A stretch of DNA of 64,000 bases, from contig JAFGCJ010000002.1 in NCBI GenBank assembly GCA_016932785.1, positions 273,777 through 337,776 of the forward strand, read 5' to 3'. The position numbers and the translations under genes were made by a program. Of the stretch, positions 58,777-64,000 are shown one piece after another; positions within the stretch are counted from its first letter, which is position 1; each line of letters starts with the position of its first letter. A model generated the notes under the pieces. That model saw only the letters and a program-made list of their open reading frames with translations, did not search any database and was not told where the DNA came from. The DNA is from Candidatus Dojkabacteria bacterium. GTDB taxonomy: Bacteria; Patescibacteriota; Dojkabacteria; SC72; JAFGCJ01.

Positions 58777-59566
58777 CAGTACTAAATATTGAAGAAATAT
58801 CCTTAATATTAATATTGTGATAAGGAATTGATCGTTCATTAGAATTACGAAGCCTTAACAGACACATTGGGCATGACGTATAAATAAGTTGCGCCTTTAT
58901 AGATAATGCCTCCTTAATCCTGTTCCCACAGATATCGTTGGATATTTGAGTATTATTAGTACCCATTCCAGCACCACCTCCACAGCAGGAAGCCTTTTCC
59001 TTGTTTTTTTGCATTTCTACAAAGTCACCTCCACGCGCCTTAAGCGATTCATTAATAATAAATCTCGGTTCATCATAAATACCCGAATATCTTCCAAGGT
59101 GACAAGGATCATGATACGTAATAAGAACATCCTCCTTCGCTACTTGAAGTAGATGACCCTCTGTCAGCTTTGACTTTTTTTCAAGTTCATTAGCAATCAC
59201 AACTGACGAGTGTTCAACATTAATATTCCAATTCCCCTCCAAGATCTCTTTGTAATCATTACTCAGTACTCTATAGCAAGCTGGACAATTTGTAATTATT
59301 TTACCAACCCCATACTCATGAAAAATTTCGGCATTCTTTTTTACCAAAGTAACGAAATCATCGAATTCACCAGAATTATTTACCGGCGAACCACAACAAT
59401 TTTCTACACCTTCTAGCTCAATAAATTCAATCCCTAATAATCTGAATATGCTCCGATATTTCTCCAGAAGATCTGTTAATACAAACCGTGTTAAACAACC
59501 CGGATAATATAAGGTATTTCCAGTAGAAAATTTTTCAAATAGTTTTCCGAAAAAACTCATAGACAA
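58769..59566 (-). CDS. CCG-domain (Fe-S)-binding protein (GlcF C-terminal-like)
   Basis: YYPGC, CCG, CPAC, TYHDPCHLGR, CCGGG, SCPMC. Confidence 0.9.
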   Translation of the reverse strand: MSMSFFGKLFEKFSTGNTLYYPGCLTRFVLTDLLEKYRSIFRLLGIEFIELEGVENCCGSPVNNSGEFDDFVTLVKKNAEIFHEYGVGKIITNCPACYRVLSNDYKEILEGNWNINVEHSSVVIANELEKKSKLTEGHLLQVAKEDVLITYHDPCHLGRYSGIYDEPRFIINESLKARGGDFVEMQKNKEKASCCGGGAGMGTNNTQISNDICGNRIKEALSIKAQLIYTSCPMCLLRLRNSNERSIPYHNINIKDISSIFSTDE

Positions 59567-59676
59567 AAGAATATTACCAGAAGCCGACTCTCTTGTTTAG
59601 GTATAGGCTTAAGACTGTTTATACTATTTTATTAGTACCAAGAAATTGACATTTACATTCCTCTAGGTTATACTGA

Positions 59677-60291
59677 GTGAGCACTCAGTTATTTATTAAA
59701 GATAGCATAAGAAATCGAAGAAGAAACAAGGAAAAAACAAGAAAAGAAATCACTAGGGCTGCTATCAAGATCTTTACAAAACAGGGCTTCGTTAAAACGT
59801 CAACGCTGGAGATAGCCAAGGAAGCAAAGGTCGCGCATGGTACAGTCTTTTTCCACTTCCCTACAAGAGCCGAGCTTATGATCGAAAGTATCTACAGGAC
59901 AATGGATAAACTGGCCTACGAGCTAGACCTACTCTCACGGAAAACAACTGATCTTCGAAAATTGTGCAGGCTTTTTCTAAGAGAAATTTCCATTAAAGAG
60001 ACCTTTTATTCCCGACTAGTTCGCGATTTGCCTCAACTTCCTTTAGACATTCAGCGACTAGTCTTTGCATCCCTCAGTGGTTTTTCTACACACTTTGTTG
60101 AAGTAATAGAAAGAGGCCAAAAGAAAGGTAACTTCAGAAATATTACACCTAAAACTGCAGTCTTCTATTGGTTTGGAATGGTGAACTATCTTTATTCCTA
60201 TCCAGAGCTACTAGGCACGAAGAAAATAACCAAGAACGAGGAGACAGAATTAATTGATTTCTTTATTAAAGCACTGAAAAATCGAGGCTGA
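59677..60291 (+). CDS. TetR/AcrR family transcriptional regulator
   Basis: AAIKIFTKQGF..TS..EIAKEAKVAHGTVFFHFPT. Confidence 0.9.
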   Translation: MSTQLFIKDSIRNRRRNKEKTRKEITRAAIKIFTKQGFVKTSTLEIAKEAKVAHGTVFFHFPTRAELMIESIYRTMDKLAYELDLLSRKTTDLRKLCRLFLREISIKETFYSRLVRDLPQLPLDIQRLVFASLSGFSTHFVEVIERGQKKGNFRNITPKTAVFYWFGMVNYLYSYPELLGTKKITKNEETELIDFFIKALKNRG

Positions 60292-60334
60292 TTTATGCCC
60301 CCACTGCCTAAAATAATTTATTAAATTTATATAA

Positions 60335-60619
60335 ATGGCTGACAAATCAAACGGGCCAAAACCCAGCAAAGTCTGCATTGTATGCACTATGCCTATGGTA
60401 AAGCCGGAAGATTATCCAGGAGGAAACACGGCTCTGGATTATTGCGTACATTGCGGAACAGAGAATGGAATATACCCCTACAGGAAACTAGTAAAGGGAT
60501 TTGCAGAGTTTATGCAAAAAACTCAAGGAATGGACCCAGATCAGGCAATGAAGGCGTCAAAAGAATTCATCGACAACTGCGAAGCGGTAAAGCAGGGCCG
60601 CGTCAAAGTTGAGAAGTAG
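60335..60619 (+). CDS. zinc-ribbon domain protein
   Basis: CIVCTMPM...YCVHC. Confidence 0.75.
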   Translation: MADKSNGPKPSKVCIVCTMPMVKPEDYPGGNTALDYCVHCGTENGIYPYRKLVKGFAEFMQKTQGMDPDQAMKASKEFIDNCEAVKQGRVKVEK

Positions 60620-60640
60620 CAATTGTGCAAGAAGCTGCCC

Positions 60641-60678
60641 AGAGGGAGGAGTGTTTTATACACTCCTCTCTTCTTTTA
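60641..60678 (+). terminator. intrinsic terminator
   Basis: agagggaggagtg/cactcctctctt hairpin plus T-rich tail. Confidence 0.7.
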
Positions 60679-60694
60679 ATAAAATGCAACAGTT

Positions 60695-60730
60695 AACGGA
60701 GGGCTTGCTTAACGCAAGCTCCCCCGTTTT
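60695..60730 (-). terminator. intrinsic terminator downstream of the RRM gene
   Basis: aacggagggcttgc/gcaagctcccccgtt hairpin. Confidence 0.6.
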
Positions 60731-60761
60731 GTTTTCTTATGCTAATACAAAAGGAAAAGTG

Positions 60762-61019
60762 TTACTTATTCTCTGATGGTCTCGCAAAGTCAACTTTCAA
60801 CTGTCTTCCATCCAGCTCCTTACCGTTCAGGGTGTCAATAGCAGCCTGAGCTTCAGCTTCACTGGACATTGTGACAAAGGCAAAGCCTCTTGATCTTCCA
60901 GAGATCTTGTCACGAATTATGCTACATTCCTCAACAGTACCAGCCTGGCTGAAGAACTCGCTTAGGGCCTCTTCGGTCGTGTCCCAACTGAGGTTGCCTA
61001 CAAAAACCTTATTGTTCAT
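60762..61019 (-). CDS. RRM RNA-binding protein
   Basis: VFVGNL (RNP2) and RGFAFV (RNP1). Confidence 0.95.
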   Translation of the reverse strand: MNNKVFVGNLSWDTTEEALSEFFSQAGTVEECSIIRDKISGRSRGFAFVTMSSEAEAQAAIDTLNGKELDGRQLKVDFARPSENK

Positions 61020-61213
61020 TAAAGATAATGAATAAAAAATAAAAACTAACTACTGAAAAAAGAATAAATCTTTCTGAGCCGTAAACTTGTTCATGTAGCT
61101 CAATTTCTGTAGCCGAGATATTATATCAAAAACATAGAGAAAAGTTTATATCGATGATAGTATGAATTTATTATGATAAAATAGGATTAAATAATTTGTA
61201 ATTAATCAAACTT

Positions 61214-61966
61214 ATGAAGAAGCTCCGGACCTATAACCTAATAATGGGCTTTTTTCATCTAATTCAGGCTGGTCTGATGATTGCCCTCAGTAACGATTTC
61301 GCTCTTCCAGTGACAACACGTTATCTTAGATTTAATATACAAACTCAATCATTGCAACCCAAGTCTGAAGAGATAGCTACTCTCAAAATAGGCCCTCTGG
61401 TAGCACTTTTCTTACTTATGTCCGCGATGGCCCACTTTCTATTAACAATTCCGAGAATTTACAACTGGTACACCAAGAATCTAAAAAAGGGGATAAACTA
61501 CGCCAGATGGTACGAGTATTCCCTCAGTTCCTCGGTAATGATTGTTGTAATAGCAATGCTTACTGGAGTTTATGACTTGAGTAGTCTCATTCTAATGTTT
61601 TCAATAAATGCGATGATGATATTCTGCGGACTAATGATGGAAAGGCACAATCAAAACACCAAGAAAACGGACTGGGTGCCGTATGTGTTCGGTTGCTTCG
61701 CAGGAGCTGTACCTTGGGTTGTTATTGCCCTTTATCTATTCGGTTCAGCCGACGGAGAGAATCGAGCACCAGATTTCGTTTACTATATATTCTTCTCGAT
61801 TTTCCTGTTCTTCAACTCTTTTGCTGTAAATATGTTTTTGCAGTACAAGAAGGTTGGAAAATGGAAGGACTACTTATTCGGAGAAAAGGTATACATTTTG
61901 CTCAGTCTGCTTGCCAAATCACTACTAGCCTGGCAGGTATTCGGAGGAACTTTGAGACCGGAATAA
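61214..61966 (+). CDS. heR: heliorhodopsin
   Basis: H..Q in TM1, ARWYEYSLSSS, SLLAK retinal-lysine motif in TM7. Confidence 0.93.
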   Translation: MKKLRTYNLIMGFFHLIQAGLMIALSNDFALPVTTRYLRFNIQTQSLQPKSEEIATLKIGPLVALFLLMSAMAHFLLTIPRIYNWYTKNLKKGINYARWYEYSLSSSVMIVVIAMLTGVYDLSSLILMFSINAMMIFCGLMMERHNQNTKKTDWVPYVFGCFAGAVPWVVIALYLFGSADGENRAPDFVYYIFFSIFLFFNSFAVNMFLQYKKVGKWKDYLFGEKVYILLSLLAKSLLAWQVFGGTLRPE

Positions 61967-62024
61967 AAAAAATTACGTTAAAAAACCAGCTTTACTTCAT
62001 GTAAATGAGTGATAAAATCGTCCT

Positions 62025-62546
62025 ATGTCCTCAGAGGTTCGGATTGATAACACTCCAGAAAGAGACAAAGCCCTTAATGTAAGTGTTGTATTGGTTACCG
62101 GTTTCACCCCTATAGATGGAATATGCTTCCTGCTTGCAGAAAGAACGGAAACAGGACAAATGACTTTTCCGGGAGGTACTATGGAACCAGAAGAAATTTC
62201 TACAGTAGAAACAGCCACAAGAGAGCTTAGAGAAGAGACAGGTCTTGAGATGCCTATTTCAATACAAAACGAACTTGCTCCACCTATCCCATTACGAAGA
62301 ATTATGGACGACGGTGCAATAATAGACTTTCATATATTTGTCGTGCCTCTGGTACATATGTGTACTGCAGTGACTAACGGACTAGACGAAGAAATCGGGA
62401 AATGGAAATTCTATTCTGAAAGCCAAATCTACAGTGGAAACGATAAATTCCGAGATGTGCGGTGGATTTTAGACCATATTAGAATAAAAGCCCCTGCCTA
62501 TTTTCTTGTAGAATGCGCCTTAATGCAGCCCCGCCCGTTTAGGTGA
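62025..62546 (+). CDS. NUDIX hydrolase
   Basis: FPGGTMEPEEISTVETATRELREETGL. Confidence 0.85.
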   Translation: MSSEVRIDNTPERDKALNVSVVLVTGFTPIDGICFLLAERTETGQMTFPGGTMEPEEISTVETATRELREETGLEMPISIQNELAPPIPLRRIMDDGAIIDFHIFVVPLVHMCTAVTNGLDEEIGKWKFYSESQIYSGNDKFRDVRWILDHIRIKAPAYFLVECALMQPRPFR

Positions 62547-62550
62547 AGGC

Positions 62551-63162
62551 CTACTCCTGCCAGATCCTATCAGCATTTAATCTAGGCTCCCAGTCACCTT
62601 CATCATCTTTTTCAACAATAAGTTTACCCTTTATCGTGACCGGTTTAGATATATCGACATAATTACCATCCTGATCCTGGACCTTAAGATCGCTCAACTG
62701 ATACATGGACGGAAGTTGATCCATCGAGTTTCTGCCATCATTTAGATCAATCACAAGGCGAATGTAAGTACTCTTTCTATCGGTATCATCTTTGTCATAT
62801 AACCTAATTGTGCAGGTACTCATACAATATACTGAAGTTGGAATACCAAGCAGTCCCTCAACCTCAACAATTTCTGTAGAATTAGATTCGTCAAATGCCT
62901 CATCAAAGGTAATATTAACAACCTCGTCCTCTTTTTCCTCATCGTCTGAGGTATCTTCGTCAGTCTTGGGAAGAAAAGACATTATTGTCGCACAACCTCC
63001 ACAGATCCAAAGAGGACTCGATACAACAATGAGTACCACTACAACGATTATAATTGTCCTTATAGTTTTTCCCTTCTCTTTCGCCTTAACAACTTCTTTG
63101 TCTTCTACATTTACCTTGGTAGTCTTATCCTTACTCTTATCAGAGGTTTTAGCCTTTGACAT
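62551..63162 (-). CDS. membrane-anchored hypothetical protein
   Basis: Lys-rich N-terminus, TM, acidic linker. Confidence 0.7.
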   Translation of the reverse strand: MSKAKTSDKSKDKTTKVNVEDKEVVKAKEKGKTIRTIIIVVVVLIVVSSPLWICGGCATIMSFLPKTDEDTSDDEEKEDEVVNITFDEAFDESNSTEIVEVEGLLGIPTSVYCMSTCTIRLYDKDDTDRKSTYIRLVIDLNDGRNSMDQLPSMYQLSDLKVQDQDGNYVDISKPVTIKGKLIVEKDDEGDWEPRLNADRIWQE

Positions 63163-63391
63163 AATTTTGTACTGAAATTTTAATTGTTGGGGCTTGGCAG
63201 TATTATAATAAAAATTTCAATCAAGATCTATATCAAAAGGTATACTTTATACCACAACACAGACAAAAGAGATACAGAGCCAACTAGTCACGCCTCAAGG
63301 CTTCAACAGGATCCAATCTTGCAATGCCTTCCCCTAAAGACTACCATTATAAGGTAGCAACTAATTGAAGATTAATTTCATTCATCAATAC

Positions 63392-63817
63392 ATGTCAAAA
63401 GATAAAACAAAAACCTGGACATGTCCAAAATGCGGACGGATCTTCCAGAAAAAGAATCAGCCTCATAGTTGCAGAAATATACCATTAAGCGATCACTTCA
63501 AAAACAAAGACCTCGCGAAGAAAATTTACAAAAAACTCTACGAAGAAACAAAAAAGAAGGTAGGACCATGCAAAGAAATATCACTCCCTTGCTGCATTCA
63601 CTGGTTTGGAACATATGATTTCATTGCGCTATTACCAAAGAAAGACAGGCTAGAGGTCAGGTTGGCTTTAGACGTTAAACTCAAGAAAAAAAGGATATTT
63701 GCAACGGTGCCACTATCAAAGACATTATCCAAGAATTGCTTAAACTTATATTCCGAAAATGAAATAGACGATGAACTACTTGACTGGATTAAGAAATCTT
63801 ACGAATTCAAGTCCTAA
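63392..63817 (+). CDS. DUF5655-like protein with N-terminal Zn ribbon
   Basis: WTCPKCGR.F...Q.HSC; EIDDELLDWIKKSY. Confidence 0.75.
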   Translation: MSKDKTKTWTCPKCGRIFQKKNQPHSCRNIPLSDHFKNKDLAKKIYKKLYEETKKKVGPCKEISLPCCIHWFGTYDFIALLPKKDRLEVRLALDVKLKKKRIFATVPLSKTLSKNCLNLYSENEIDDELLDWIKKSYEFKS

Positions 63818-63824
63818 ATACCGC

Positions 63825-64000
63825 TCATGAACTCATTATCCTCATGATTTCTCCGATGTATTTCGCATCCTCCGGCTCGCTACCCGTATACTCAGTAACA
63901 CTCCCCCCTACTACTTCTCTCTTCTCAGTAACTCCCCGCAGGACATCAACGAGAGTATTTCTCGTCAGTCCGCCTGGAGCCAGACACTTCACATGTCTGA
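63825..64000 (-). CDS. arginase-family protein, C-terminal end (partial)
   Basis: Manual translation ...APGGLTRNTLVDVLRGVTEKREVVGGSVTEY...* resembles the ureohydrolase C-terminus. Confidence 0.5.
   Translation of the reverse strand, partial: RHVKCLAPGGLTRNTLVDVLRGVTEKREVVGGSVTEYTGSEPEDAKYIGEIMRIMSS

Noticed and set aside
1..64000. CRISPR array or rRNA genes
   Set aside because: No regularly spaced direct repeats and no rRNA-like conserved sequence were seen.

Overview
Low-GC bacterial chromosomal window. A Patescibacteria/CPR-like origin is my inference, from the mostly SD-less AT-rich leaders, many membrane-anchored orphan and surface proteins, and an archaeal-type TyrRS. The genetic code is standard, with TGA used as stop. 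Recognisable content: a cold-shock protein, an HhH glycosylase-like protein, an ABC transporter, glycosyltransferases, RluA/TruB, rubrerythrin, large Cys-rich and Ig-like surface proteins, a split GlcD/GlcF-like oxidoreductase, heliorhodopsin, and a RAYT transposase flanked by REP palindromes. A translation cluster holds trpS, proS, tyrS and tRNA-Tyr, with three T-boxes. The most unusual signals are: (1) four unrelated orphan membrane-anchored/secreted gene units, each bracketed by its own 13-15 bp inverted repeat; three of them share a promoter-hairpin-boxA-5' arm layout resembling an rRNA processing stem, and they carry Shine-Dalgarno sites; (2) YbaK/INS editing-type domains on all three synthetases, including TrpRS and TyrRS, with two INS copies in ProRS; (3) three T-boxes with three different Stem I architectures; (4) a REP-flanked structured element encoding a 7-aa, two-Tyr micro-ORF between the Tyr T-box and a C1:G72 tRNA-Tyr. 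All calls come from reading the sequence; no searches or folding programs were run.
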